DNA of 64,000 bases from Amoebidium appalachense (lineage: Eukaryota; Protista; Ichthyosporea). Position 1 is the first letter of the stretch, and each line of letters starts with the position of its first letter. The DNA lies in assembly GCA_963693365.1 (NCBI GenBank), contig CAVNZM010000013.1:7832398-7896397 (forward strand), written 5' to 3'. This document shows, in pieces, positions 1-21,051 of the stretch. The notes under the pieces are model-generated. The model made no database searches, had not been told where the DNA came from, and saw only the letters and a program-made list of their open reading frames with translations. The position numbers were made by a program, and so were the translations under genes.

Positions 1-63
1 CGCACAGGTTTCAAACACTGAGTGCTCGTGTACGAGGATTGCCTAAATCCCTACACCACTCAC

Positions 64-374
64 CTCTGTGTTGAGCACAAACAGCACGTCAGAAATATTT
101 TCAACCACCAGTCGGCTCCAATCGACGTCCGAAGATTCCGATGTGGCCTGGGTGCCGTCAGGGCTGTGGTTGGAGCTTGCTGCCGACATTGTCAGTGACG
201 GAAAAGGCCGCAGGCCGGATTCCATCTCCTGAAACCGAAATAAAAAAACAGGTTAAATAAAAAAATGGTGGTGGTGGTGGTGGGGCGGCGTTGGGGGGGC
301 GGGGGGGGTCTGATGTATGCGTTCAAGGGTTGGAAATAGTTTATATAAAACTTTATACTAAAAAAGTAGGAATA

Positions 375-405
<31 letters not shown>

Positions 406-685
406 ATGCGTTCGAGGGTTGGAAATAGTTTTTATAAAACTATAAAAAAAGTAGGAATATGGAGGAGATAACAAAAGGCAACAACAAAACGTCACAAAAG
501 TGGGAAACCCAAAATCAAGCAATTTAAGCGTGCAGGCAGCAGGCACTTGAGCAGAGCCCATCATCAGGGGGGTTCCTATTGGGGGTTTTGAATGCGTCAA
601 AAAGTACGAAGTACACAAGAACAAACGGATAACACGATGCAGAATGCAAGCCATACATAAAGAGTATGCATAATAAGCAGAGCCC

Positions 686-716
<31 letters not shown>

Positions 717-1079
717 CAAGACCTTCGAAAGAGCACATTGGGAGGCAAATAAACAGGGGGGCATGATCCGCGGATTTGGGGGGAAAGAGAAAAAATAAAG
801 AACATATGACATAGGCTATCGAACAATAATGTAAAAGAAAGCCAACTTGAAGGCCTTGTGTGCCGGTATCCAACATGGGATCCTCCCCGGGTTTTTTTTA
901 AAAAGGACGCTTGCAAGTCCTCGTTTTAACCATGCAATATGTCGTCACTACCAAATGTTTGTACCACTCTTCGACAATATCCAATATTTAATCAGAGCGG
1001 AGTGTAATAAGAGGGAGCCAAGTGAGTTTCCCGAAAATTGTGGAAGGAGGAGGTGGAGCAGGCAGCGGCGGCGGTTTTG

Positions 1080-1110
<31 letters not shown>

Positions 1111-1147
1111 CGGGTGCGTGCGTGGGCGTGTGTGTATGTGCATGCGC

Positions 1148-1232
<85 letters not shown>

Positions 1233-2101
1233 CATGCGCCTGTTTTTAGTTTCAGTGTCTGCGTGGTATGCGTTGGTAGCGGCGGTAGTGGTGGGGGGTT
1301 TAGAATGTGTAACAGTGCACCAAGCCCTTTGTCACGAAAAATCACAAGACAGTTTTTGTAAAGCACCCAGAAATTCTGAGATGTGTAACCATGGTGTTGG
1401 TGGTGATGGTGTGTGTGTGTGTCTGTGTGTGTGTGTGTGTGTGGGGAGGGGGGGGGGGGGGGGGGAGGGGGGGGGGGAGGGGGGTCCACCTTTTTCAAGG
1501 TTTTGATGTAGTCTACGGTCTGAGACAAGACCGTCAGCTTGTCCGGCTTTGCAGTGCGGGAATTGCATGACGGCAAGAGGTGGGCTGCAGCCGTCCAATC
1601 ACGTGTCAGCAAGTTCTGCCACCATAGGCAGCAACCGGGGACTAGGGGGCTAGCCAGCTAGAATCGTCAATCAGCCCGCTTTAAAATTACGGAAGTTCCT
1701 AATTCGAAATTTCCCAAACTTTGCCCATCCCTTCAATTGTGACAGCCACCACGTGAACACGTTATCACGCCAGGAACCCTGCAAAAGCATTTGCAGTACA
1801 ACATGGCCAGGGAGAAAGTACAACATGGCCGGGGAGAAAGTTCTTTGTTGTGAACATGTTTCACACATAACGAAACCTACCCAGTGACTTGATGGACTGG
1901 TTGATTTTGTCCCGTCGGCACTTCTCAGTCTGCTTGTGGCTCTCTTTGTAGCGTTTTGTCTGCTTGGCAGGCACCCAGTCCCCATTCTTGGCCCTGGACA
2001 GCCACACGGTCAGGCGCCACATTCATGCACACAGATCCTCCACACTGGGTATTCATTACCCCCCTCCACCCCCAACCCACATACACGCTACAACCCACCC
2101 A

Positions 2102-2132
<31 letters not shown>

Positions 2133-2325
2133 AAAAAAGACGACGACGATGATGATGCAGGCCGTGCCGCACACATGCACGTGCATGCGCAGGGAAGCCC
2201 AGTGGCACTAACAAATGCCGATTTATTTCCCCCCTCCCCCCTCCCCCCCTCCCCCCCCTCCCCCAGCCCCGCCCCCTCCTCCCTTCCTCCGGGTTCTAGA
2301 GAGGGGGGGGGGGGGGGAGGGGGGG

Positions 2326-2369
<44 letters not shown>

Positions 2370-2794
2370 AAGGGAGAGAGAGAGAGAGAGTGTGTGTGTG
2401 TGTGTGTGAGTGAGAGAGAGAGAGTGAGAGAGAGAGAGAGAGTGTGTGTGTGTAAGAGAGAGAGAGACTCTGAGAGAGAGAGAGAGAGTCTGAGGGGGAG
2501 AGAGAAAGACTCGAAAGAGCCTGAGAGACTGAAAGGAGGGAGAGCCTCAGTCGGAGAGGCGGGGGGCGGACAGAGAGAGACAGGGGGGAGGGGGAGGGGG
2601 GATAGAGAGAGGGGGGAGAGAGAGAAAAGAGGGGGAGAGGGGGGAGGGGGAGGGGGGAGGGGGAGGGGGAGGGGAAGGGGGGCAAAGAGAGAGGGAGAGC
2701 GAGCGCAAAGGAACGGAAAAGCACACCTCTTTGCCGGCTTTCTGCTTGCGGTCTCTGACTCGTAGCTCTCATTCTCCGACATGTCGTCACTCAT
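64..2794 (-). CDS. bHLH-PAS transcription factor, ARNT/BMAL-like; 5' part only, continues past the window start. Exons 2794-2727, 1993-1881, 1584-1490, 228-64
   Basis: GT-AG exons join in phase to MSDDMSENESYESETASRKPAKRAKNGDWVPAKQTKRYKESHKQTEKCRRDKINQSIKSLAHLLPSCNSRTAKPDKLTVLSQTVDYIKTLKKEMESG...DWSRLVVENISDVLFVLNTE. This has the H-E-R basic region, the ARNT-like loop (KPDKLT) and the start of a PAS-A-like segment. Confidence 0.88.
315..460. repeat. About 58-bp imperfect direct repeat, two copies separated by a G-run (intronic)
   Basis: gtatgcgttc(a/g)agggttggaaatagtttt...aaaaaagtaggaata at about 315-374 and 404-459. Confidence 0.8.
548..690 (-). repeat. Partial copy (3' part) of the dispersed structured repeat family, followed by a second CCCTGATGATGGGCTCTGCT start
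   Basis: Reverse complement of about 580-685 matches 51587-51692 almost exactly (gggctctgcttattatgcatactctttatgtatggcttgcattctgcatcgtgttatccg...gacgcattcaaaaccccc). Confidence 0.9.
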
Positions 2795-3949
2795 TCTGGC
2801 CGGGGCGGGGGACCGCAGGAAGCTGTGGTGTGAGGTGCTGTTGCAGGTGTCGGGCACTATCATTTATAACGCAGGCGGGCCCAACACTGGCCCCTATGCT
2901 CATCAAACCTCAACCGCCGGGCCAGAGGGCAATATTGTCACACGTGCCGATACCTGTGTGTATGGCCTGGGTGTGTGAGTGGGAGGGAGCGAGGGAGGGA
3001 TGAAGCATTCACAGGGACGGGGCCCAGGGGCCCTGAGAGGGGGAGAGGGGAGGGGTCAGAATATGATACAGCACCAAGCCCTTGCGTCTTGTGACACACA
3101 TTCATAGCGGACAAGGGGGCATGTCAGGTTCAAGTAAAAAAAAGAATAGGTTCAAGAGGCAGGATGGTGGCAAATGAATCCGCAGACGACCCTTAAGCAG
3201 CAAACTGAGCGTGGGGCCACAAACAGAGCACTGGCTGTGGCCTATCATCCGTCCCCTTCCACGAATATTAGATATGGAGGTCCTCAGACACGTTCACTCG
3301 TGTCCGCAGGACCCCCATGCTGCCCCCCTTCACCACCCGCCTACCCTCCCCCCTCCCCCCCCCCAAACACCCCCCACCTGCCCCGTTGCTGCCCCGTTGC
3401 GCGTCTTTAAGCGACATTTTCTCTGGTGGCAACTCAAATATTGGTAAAGTACCAGTCTGCAACAGCAACTTCTAGTGCTCGAACTTAAAAGGTTAGCCCC
3501 AACCACACGTGGCTGCTCAAGCGGTAGGCTGGTCAAGCCCAGTGCCTCGCTCCTCTCCCCACACCTTCCGGTCCCACATCCCCTAAACTTTCCCCCAAAT
3601 TGAATATATAATAACCCCCCCCCCCCACCCCCACCCCCTCCCCTCCCCCCCACACCCCCTCCCCCCCCCCCCTCTCAGGGCCACCCCTCTTCCCGGGCAG
3701 ACAGTCTAGACCTGTTCGACCGGCAGGGCTACTAGGGACTTGAGTCAGTCAGCCTCACATAGGATCTTCGTTTCGTTGGGCCACACAACCCCACAAAAAC
3801 ACACTCACTCACGAGTGGAGACTTCCTGATGGACAATATCATAGTACGTACTGATTCCCTTAATCTTCAGCCAAAGTTGGCAAGCAGGCAGCACGGTGGC
3901 AGAATGAATAGCCGAGCTAAGCTGGAAACTCGTGGCGAACATGCAAGTC

Positions 3950-4560
3950 TGCCGATCGGTACCATAACACCGCCTATTGGTCGTGGCAGGGACACAAACA
4001 CTCATTCATACTATGCTAGTCCATAGGCGGCACGGGCACAGCGCGAACGGGGAGGGGCCCAGACCCGGTCTCCTTGCGTGGCACTGTCCACTTAATAGGC
4101 GGCCAGCCCCAAGACCTCCAAGGCCCCTTCCTTCACCCCCTCCTCCTCCTTGCCGACTCTCAAGCCTCCCCCCCTTCCCCCCCCCCCCCCCCCCCCTCCC
4201 CTCCCCTCCCCTCCTCTCCCCCCCCTCCCCCCAGGGCCCCGTCTTCCCCAAAAGGTCTTCCCCTAACTTAAAAGCTGGCACCATGCATATGGACACCTTT
4301 CTCCCTTGTAAACCCCAAAGAATACGCGTGACCGCCTCTGCAGCAATCTCATCTCATGATCACTGGCGTGGACTTCGGTTTTTGGACGATCCGACGTGCA
4401 GACTACCGAAAAACAAAATATTGCACCTACTTTTGGCCTGGCCGGAGTCTCTTCTTGCAGAGGCACACATGAGGTTGCCAATAAGCAGCACAAAAGTTTC
4501 ACACTATGAGAAGCTGTGCAAGGGTAAGATGCAAACAATACCAATGCGGGACTGAGTGAC
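3950..4560 (+). pseudogene. Possible decayed C5-cytosine methyltransferase-like TE cargo fragment
   Basis: Broken frames give LVNPKE (ENP-like), ...KYCTYFWPG... and LCKG. Stops and frameshifts are present and no intact PC motif is seen. Weak resemblance only. Confidence 0.2.
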
Positions 4561-5154
4561 ACGGGGACTGACCTCTGTGCCTTTGAGCCGACCCTAGCTG
4601 GTGTTCTCTTGGCCAGTGGCAGCTACACTGTGTTTCTCCTGGCTGTGGTTCAAGTTCTTGCTGTGGGCGGCTACAGCACACGCCGGGCACCAGGACCGAA
4701 CCGTTCACTGAAACCACGGTCATAAAATCTGATCCAAGTTAAGTGGTCCGTCAGCCTGCCGGTGCCCTAATAAGCCATTAACGGGAGACTGGGCTTCATT
4801 AGAGCTATTTATAAAAGGGATAATACTAGCAAGTCACTAGACAACTCCTTTCGGTATATAAGCCTGCCCGTAACTTAGGAGTACTGAGAACTCAGAGGTT
4901 AAACTTTGTGGTCTCTGGGCCACATAACACTTCAAAAAAATCTGCGACGGTGTTATTCCAAACTGAGTCACTGACCCAGCAGCCGTGAACCGGCCACTTG
5001 AACTTCGTGACGTGGCCCTAAAGCCTTAAGCCGTTAGGCCCACAAAGAGAGCACTTGACCGGCACTGAAAAATATTGCAATAGTCAACTTGCTGAGTTAG
5101 CACCATCATAAAGCCTTAGCACAACTGAGGCCCGAGTGTGCCGGATATGCAAAT

Positions 5155-5272
5155 GGGGTTTACGCTGTTTACTCGAGGCAAAGAGAACCAGTCTCAGGTA
5201 TGGGGGGGGGGGGGTTTGCTCGGAATATCCCCTCAGCGGTATATCATGATCACGTACATAGATGTCGGGTGG
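5155..5272 (+). repeat. About 117-bp near-identical direct repeat of 7980-8096; probable APE-endonuclease fragment of a non-LTR element
   Basis: ggggtttacgctgtttactcgaggcaaagagaaccagtctcaggta(G)n tttgctcggaatatcccctcagcggtatatcatgatcacgtacatagatgtcgggtgg occurs at both sites. It translates as GFTLFTRGKENQSQV then a G-run, and a diverged unit (YISGFTFSTRH) follows at 5277. Confidence 0.85.
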
Positions 5273-5350
5273 TGACTATATATCAGGGTTTACTTTCTCT
5301 ACGAGACACCATAAAGACTACAAGGAGAAATCAATTAGTTGGGGTTCCCC

Positions 5351-5390
<40 letters not shown>

Positions 5391-5422
5391 GGGCTCCCCT
5401 CGGGACACTCGGTATCAGCTGG

Positions 5423-5479
<57 letters not shown>

Positions 5480-5599
5480 TGTGTGTGTGTGCGCGTGCGC
5501 TATAATTTTGTAGTGATGTGTTTCTCAAGCCAATCAATACATCTAATAAACAGGTCGTAGTTACGCGTGTTTAGTATAAAATCAAGGATGTTGTAATTT

Positions 5600-6070
5600 A
5601 CAGGTAGGCTATCTTTCTGGGTGTCTGTTGTGAATGTGACGTGTGTGTGTTGCGGTATTATGTGGTCTATCAAACTACATTTGGCGATACATGACCGGTT
5701 AAACTGGTGTGTGTGTGTGTTGTTTGGGCATGCAAATGATGCCACCTTATACTTATTAGATCTCCACTGTATAGCACGTGTACAGTAAAAGCGTGGTAAT
5801 TGATCAATAATACCATCAGCTAGAGAAAGACCAGTTCTACAGGAAGGTAATATGTATTTAGGTGTTATACACTTGCGAGTGCCATATTTGGCAATATGGT
5901 TGAGGCGGTCAGTATATATAAAACGAGACATAAGGCTTAGTTTTTCAAGGTGTATGCTTTCATCGGGTCTAGTGTCGTGTGGTATCTTTTTCCATTTGTT
6001 ATATTGCGTGATTATCTTGTGATTGTGTACATGTTTAATAAGTAAGTGGCAGTCCAAAGTCACACACACA
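5600..6070 (-). pseudogene. Probable decayed Penelope-like RT C-terminal (thumb) fragment
   Basis: ORF 5500-6069 contains SIHLEKLSL...YTDR...KYILPSCRTGLSLADGIIDQLPRFYCT, which resembles the PLE FLDL...YDK...P..S......G.I.SQL.RF..C pattern. No catalytic DD motif is retained. Confidence 0.4.
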
Positions 6071-6637
6071 CTATTGCGGGGTTTATTTGTATTTGTATCG
6101 ACAAGGGCTGTACGTGACCAAGTCCTTGGGCCAGGCCACGCCTTGGTATAGGGGGACAGCTCACAGGCTCACAGCAATACAAGTGCATAAACCACACTGG
6201 TAAACCTTGCACTGATTTTTGGAACTTTGGATGTGGTCAAGGAAGGCTCAGTGGCAGCAAACCTTTCCCACATTCAACCAAAATCTATAGAAGAATACTT
6301 TTTGAATCCCACTATCAAAAATGAATGACTACATAGACTTGATTGAATTGTTTTTGAAGTTCTCACTAGTTTAGAATTTCAGAAGTGCAAGAAGATTACA
6401 TATGATATCGCCGCGGCCGCCCGCCCCGAGATCCCCCCAGCTGCAGCTGCTCCCCTGGCCGCGGGATCATGGCGCCGTCCACACATCCGGATGATCCGAG
6501 TAAATTTAGGACTGAGATAAACAAAGTCCCATAAAACAAATACAGACCATGTAAACCGGTTACTATAAAAAGCTTCATATAATGGTGTAAGCCTTAACAA
6601 TCTTTCCGACAGCCTTTCAGCACTAGTGGGCCTCCAT

Positions 6638-6666
6638 CAGGGCTGGAAATTACATTTTAGAATTAC
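6638..6666. mobile_element. Solo terminal inverted repeat of the same hAT-like family as 6973-7696
   Basis: cagggctggaaattacattttagaattac matches the reverse complement of 7670-7696 (cagctagaaattacattttaggattac). No partner end with a matching TSD was found. Confidence 0.65.
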
Positions 6667-6972
6667 CGCATTATACATTTTGTTTGAAACCCCGGAACAA
6701 TTCATTTGCCTGGAATGTGCACGCGCACAAAGTCCGCCCACGAACGCGGCACCATATACCCAAAGGGGCTGAATTGACGCTTATTTTTAGGAAACACTAA
6801 TTAGATATGTTATTGAAAATATAATCGATGCAAATAGAAGAAAAAAGCACAAATGATAAAATTATTCAATACAAATTCTTAAATACATAATTTAGACTTT
6901 TTGGGCCTGATACGCTAATATAAAGAGGCTCAAGATTTCTTTAAAATAACTTTCACTTTACTCAATTCATTC

Positions 6973-7093
6973 CAGGGCAGGAAATTACAATGTTTTCGGA
7001 AATAAATATACCGTTAATTTTCAGAAAGTACCAGTAAAGCCTGGGACTTAGTTCCACTTGAGTTGGAGGTTTTGGAAGTAAATAAAAAGAAGA

Positions 7094-7135
<42 letters not shown>

Positions 7136-7696
7136 CCCCCCCTTCTCCCCCCCCCGCATCACGCAAAAAGTTATCTCAATAACGCATCATATCTTATGAC
7201 AGTCACGGAATCCGGACAAGGCATATGGAAAATGCAGGTTGTGTTATCCACTCAACATCAAATTTTCTTTGCTTTCTGGGCTCGTTGTATTTCGTATTGC
7301 ATTCAATCTACATATTTTCAGACATATATAGTTCAACAGTTGGTGAGGCTCGAAAGGAGCAGCCAGCATAGTAAATTGCCCTCAAATATAAGGCACACAT
7401 AATTTTTGGGAATACTATGACAGAACGTTTTATATTATAGTTATATAAACGCAAGATTAACATATTGCCAATGAATCATGCGGGGGTCCGGGGGGGCGAA
7501 GGCCTTCCGGCGCCGGATAGGTATACACATATCGGATAGATATACGGAAGTAAAAAAGAAGTACATAAATATCTCCGGACTAAAGTTGGCGGCGATCCGC
7601 CAGGTGCACGGCCATCTACAACTAGGTTTTAGGAGTCTCTAGATGGCCGTGGCCAGGTGCTAAAATACAGTAATCCTAAAATGTAATTTCTAGCTG
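6973..7696. mobile_element. Non-autonomous hAT-type DNA transposon (MITE), 724 bp
   Basis: Imperfect TIRs cagggcaggaaattaca / tgtaatttctagctg. Perfect 8-bp TSD attcattc at 6965-6972 and 7697-7704. CAG.. termini with an 8-bp TSD are typical of hAT. Confidence 0.8.
7607..7651. mobile_element. 45-bp miniature TIR element (hAT-like) nested in the MITE
   Basis: Perfect 12-bp TIRs cacggccatcta (7607-7618) / tagatggccgtg (7640-7651), flanked by 8-bp direct repeat gccaggtg (7599-7606, 7652-7659). Confidence 0.8.
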
Positions 7697-7979
7697 ATTC
7701 ATTCGGGGGTGTCTTAGAATTCCCTTGGCTCACGTGCTAAGAGCTGTGGGTGACGTAGGGAGTTATTCAGTATGAACATGCCCCCTGTTTCGTATAGGAA
7801 AGTTTGCATCATAACAAAGCAGTGCTTAAAATCTATGTTCAACCACTCATCGTTGAACGATTGGAAGAAGTATTTTTTTTTTTTTTGTTTTTTTTTTTTT
7901 TTGACTTTTGACAATTTTGGCTACGGTAAGCCACATTCGGCAATCGGCATAGGCCTACTGTACTGAGGATATATATATC

Positions 7980-8096
7980 GGGGTTTACGCTGTTTACTCG
8001 AGGCAAAGAGAACCAGTCTCAGGTAGGGGGGGGGGGGGTTTGCTCGGAATATCCCCTCAGCGGTATATCATGATCACGTACATAGATGTCGGGTGG
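7980..8096 (+). repeat. Second copy of the about 117-bp repeat, directly upstream of and in frame with the RT ORF
   Basis: See 5155-5272. It reads YISGFTLFTRGKENQSQVGGGGVCSEYPLSGIS* in the RT frame, resembling the I.GY/F...R....GGV segment of APE endonucleases. Confidence 0.85.
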
Positions 8097-8256
8097 ATAT
8101 CGATCCATTATGCATGCTATGTTGCGCTGCCAGATCGTGAACACTAGGTAAGAGGATGCCATCCGATTCATTCGAATAACGGCCGACCCGTCATCCGACC
8201 CGGAATCTGCAACCGATTCCTTTTACGGCACCCTGTTTAAACGTAACCCGACATGT

Positions 8257-10374
8257 ATGGCCACGGACCTGGGGCAGGCGCCCCCTCCTGTTTTTGTTCC
8301 ACCCTCCGACACACCACCACCACCACACACGGCGTGGCCAGCGGGGCCGGCTGAGTTTGGGGCGGAATTGGGGGAACTTTTTACCCCAGATGCGGTATGG
8401 CAGTTAGTCTCCCGTTACCCGTCCCGCAAAGCGTGCGGGCCGGACGGCATCCCTATGGCACTACTTAAGGTACTCATCCCACCCCGACCCGAGAAAGACG
8501 AAAAGCGTGGCCCGCCACCACCACTTACATGTATTCTTAGCGAGTTGTTTAGCTGGTATTCTGATGTCGGTAAAGTGCCCTCGGAGTGGCTAGCCACCTT
8601 AGTGTTTCCCATCAAGAAAACGGTTGCACAGGGTCCCATCCACGAATTTCGCCCTATCACCCTTACGTCCGTTTTTCGCCGATTATTCGAAAGTGGCCTT
8701 TTACAGGCCTTTTCCCGTAACCCCACCCTTAAGCAGGCTTCCCAGCTGAGCCCTCTTCAGGCGGCGTTTCGGCATCGACACTCATGTTACGCACAAATCC
8801 TCACTCTACATAATGCAACTCAAAGTGATACCGAGCACCTCGTATTTATCGATTTTAAGAACGTGTACGACACGGTCGACCTCCCTCGCCTGTGGGCCAA
8901 GTTAGCCACTCGCGGTGTCCCATTCCAAATGGGTCGGCTACTGGAAGCTATGTTTACGTTTACACGCGGACGAGCGGTGGTTAATGGGCGGCTATCCCCA
9001 GGGTTTACCCGCACGCGCGGGGTACTTCAAGGGTCCCTGCTAAGTCCTCTTCTTTTCAACCTGTATATTGATGATTTAGCCGACACTCTTTCTGCGGCAC
9101 AAATTGACGGGGGGTTGCCATCCCAGGCTCCTCCCGCCCTCTTTTTTGCCGACGATATTGTGCTTATGTCATCCGATCCTCTCGAACTACGGCAATACAT
9201 TCGTGTGGTTGAACATTGGTGCCAGCGCAACGATATGCAGATTAATGTCAAAAAGTGTGCCCTTTTATCAAAATCGATACCGGCATGGGACGACGTTTGT
9301 ATTTTCGGCAGTCCCCTCCCTCGCCCAATCGAATACAAGTATTTGGGGATTCCGGTGGACGAATGGGGCATATGTTTCAAACGGATGATCGACCGTCGGG
9401 TGGAGAGTGCAGGCAGGTGTCTTCGGTTATTTCGGGATGTGTATCTTGCTACTCTTTCTCATACTGTCCACCTATACAATCGTCTTAGTATATTTCGCAC
9501 ATATATTCGCCCTTTGTCGGAATACGGGTTGCCCTTACTAGCTATGGCACCCCCTGATACTGTTACTAATGTCCTCAAATCATTAGATGATTTCCATTAC
9601 ACAACTTGTTGTATGTTTCTCACTGGTCTTTCCACACCTATCCCTAGACGCCTTTTTGATTCTCTCTACGCACTCACACCACCATCACAACGCGTACACG
9701 AATTAGCCCTTAAATTTCACGAGCACATCACCCGCCTGTCCGCTTGTGCCCCGGACCACCCGCTCTTCCGGCTACACGCATCCCCGCCGGATTCGCCCCT
9801 GTACCTCTTCCCTTCCCCATCGTCTCTGCCCATTGCCGAGCGCTATGTGGAATGGCTGGCGACCCCCCCGGAGGTACGGCTAGATCATAGTGTGAATATG
9901 AATAGTTTCAAGTCTATGGCTGATAGATATCTTTTTACTCTACGTGTTGAGTCCCTTCCGGTGTTAGGACCGCACAAACACCAACTACTAGTAGCCTATA
10001 TGGCGGATACGGTTAGAGAGTCTCGTTCATACATAGATTCGTTTATTCGTAATGTGGTGTGGTGTAAAAACGCAAAGATGATTATGGCTTGGCGGTGTAA
10101 TCGGTTTCTGGTGTCTCCTGCTCGTATGTGTAATATGTGTGGGGGGCGGTTTACTCGCGGCTGCATATCTATCAATAAATGCAACCTGTTAGCTAATGTA
10201 TTAGAACCGGAGGTTATTGGCGGTTTTATTCTCTTTTCTTCATCTCTTCCTCAATATATCCGTTTTAAGATGACTATCCTAGATCACCTTATTAATGCTG
10301 CACAGTATGATATTGTGATCCGGTGCCTTAACTTTCTGTCGGAGCTACCGATGCTAGCATCTGCTTACCCATAA
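8257..10374 (+). mobile_element. Non-LTR retrotransposon reverse transcriptase ORF (705 aa, intronless) with C-terminal Cys knuckle; endonuclease mostly missing
   Basis: RT motifs KACGPDGIP, VFPIKK, FRPITLTSVFRRLFE, QAAFR, FIDFKNVYDTV, GVLQGSLLSPLLFNLYID, FFADD, YKYLGI. C-terminal CNMCGGRFTRGCISINKC. The frame is open back to a TAA at 8149-8151. Confidence 0.93.
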
Positions 10375-12061
10375 TATGTAATAGGGGTGTCAGATACTAC
10401 GATGGCGCTCATTGTTGCCTAGCATGTACATATGTCACTGGCTGCATTTGATTGGCTGTGCTGGAAAACGCAGTAGGCCGTCGAATGTGGCTGGGCCTCC
10501 GGCAATGTCCACGCAATAAAAAGTGTGTAAACCCCCTGGGGTCAAGCGAAACTGTGGCCCCATCCTCACACGGATTCCTCAGTGATTCCTCACGTGAGCA
10601 GGTCACGCACGGCCAGGGTGTGGAATTAGTGTCTTGGTAGCTATATAGAGCTGCCTCCTGCCTCAATGGCTCTAATAGAAGTACAGACCATCTTGGGTTG
10701 TTATCTTCTTTTCTCAATAATGCCTGTTATAGAGCAGTTCGTAGTTGAAAAATAAGCCGACCTGATACAAGTGGGAACATTTACAGGGACCTTAGCTATA
10801 GGGATACGCTTTTGTGGCCCTATATATATGCATGCACCGTGCTGTGGGGGGTAACTGACCATTGTATTTGCAATTATAAACTTTGCCATCACTATAAATC
10901 ATTTTCTGCCTTGCCAATGAGTTTATCATTTCACGGCGTATTCGCATTGCCAGAAAATCTGAAACACAAACCCCTTGGCACCACCATTACTTTGAAAGAA
11001 GCTACTATGGCATGCCAACTTGTGGGCACCGTGACCGTGCGCGAATTTTCCCGTTATTGCGGTTTGTACCGTGACTTCCCGAGACCGTCGAAAAGTATGC
11101 GTTGGATCCGACAGTCGGCCGCGGACGCGTCGCTCACACCTCGTCGTGCTCAGGTGCTCGAGAAGTTCGTGCCACGTGTCGTCCAGAGCTTGAAAAAATG
11201 TAAGCATTTATGAAAGTTTGTGTCTGCTGCAGCCTGCAAGGCGTGAGTGGCCTTGCAGTGTGCCAGTTATTGGTAACTGAGGTCAAGTTGCTTGTTGGGG
11301 ACTTCCAAATCATCCGGGGGGATGTGCTGTTTATTAACGATGTACATGTTCCAAAATCAAGTTGCCACAGTACATCACTGAGCCTCATCAGGAGGGAACA
11401 GTAATTGCCACAGAAAAGGTTATGGTGTCGTTCCGAGGGACCCTAATATAGACTCGGAGAAAGTTCGGCCTTGCATGTGGGCGATCGTCTGCAAGGATAG
11501 CTTAGAGGGTTTCTTGAAGGGAAGGCTTCACGATAAAAGTGGAAGTGGCTGGCAGTAACTGTTACTTTCTGAGGGGCAGCGCTGTTTAGCTTACCGAAAG
11601 ACTGAGGGCGCGCGTACTAGGTTAAGTGCCACTAATAAATTTAGATACATTTAGTATACAACGGATAGCTACGACGTGTTTCACACAGTCTGACAGTCAC
11701 TGACAGTCTGTTCAACGACTTCTCCCGCAGTACAACAACACAACCGCAGTTACAAGTGCTGATTCGTGCATATATCCACTACAGTAGTACATTCATCACA
11801 TATTGGTTATTGTGTCCCACGAGCTTCAAATTGACAACTGATTTTTTCCTAAGTGCCTCAGCAACTTTCCGAACCTTCAAAACCCAGTGGATACCAACAG
11901 TTACAGCTGCACTCAGGCCACACACAGTAGTTGCCCTCTGGTACTCCACCGAACTCCAGCTGTGGGCACACAGCGACACAGTCACCAACCCCTTCAGGGC
12001 CTGGGGTGTCCAACGGAGACTTTCAATAACATACTCGATAGTTAGATTTTGGATGCCGTAT

Positions 12062-21051
<8,990 letters not shown>

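Noticed and set aside
5155-8096. LTR retrotransposon bounded by the 117-bp direct repeats
   Set aside because: No TG..CA ends, PBS/PPT, TSD or gag/pol, and the repeat reads as an endonuclease-like coding fragment.
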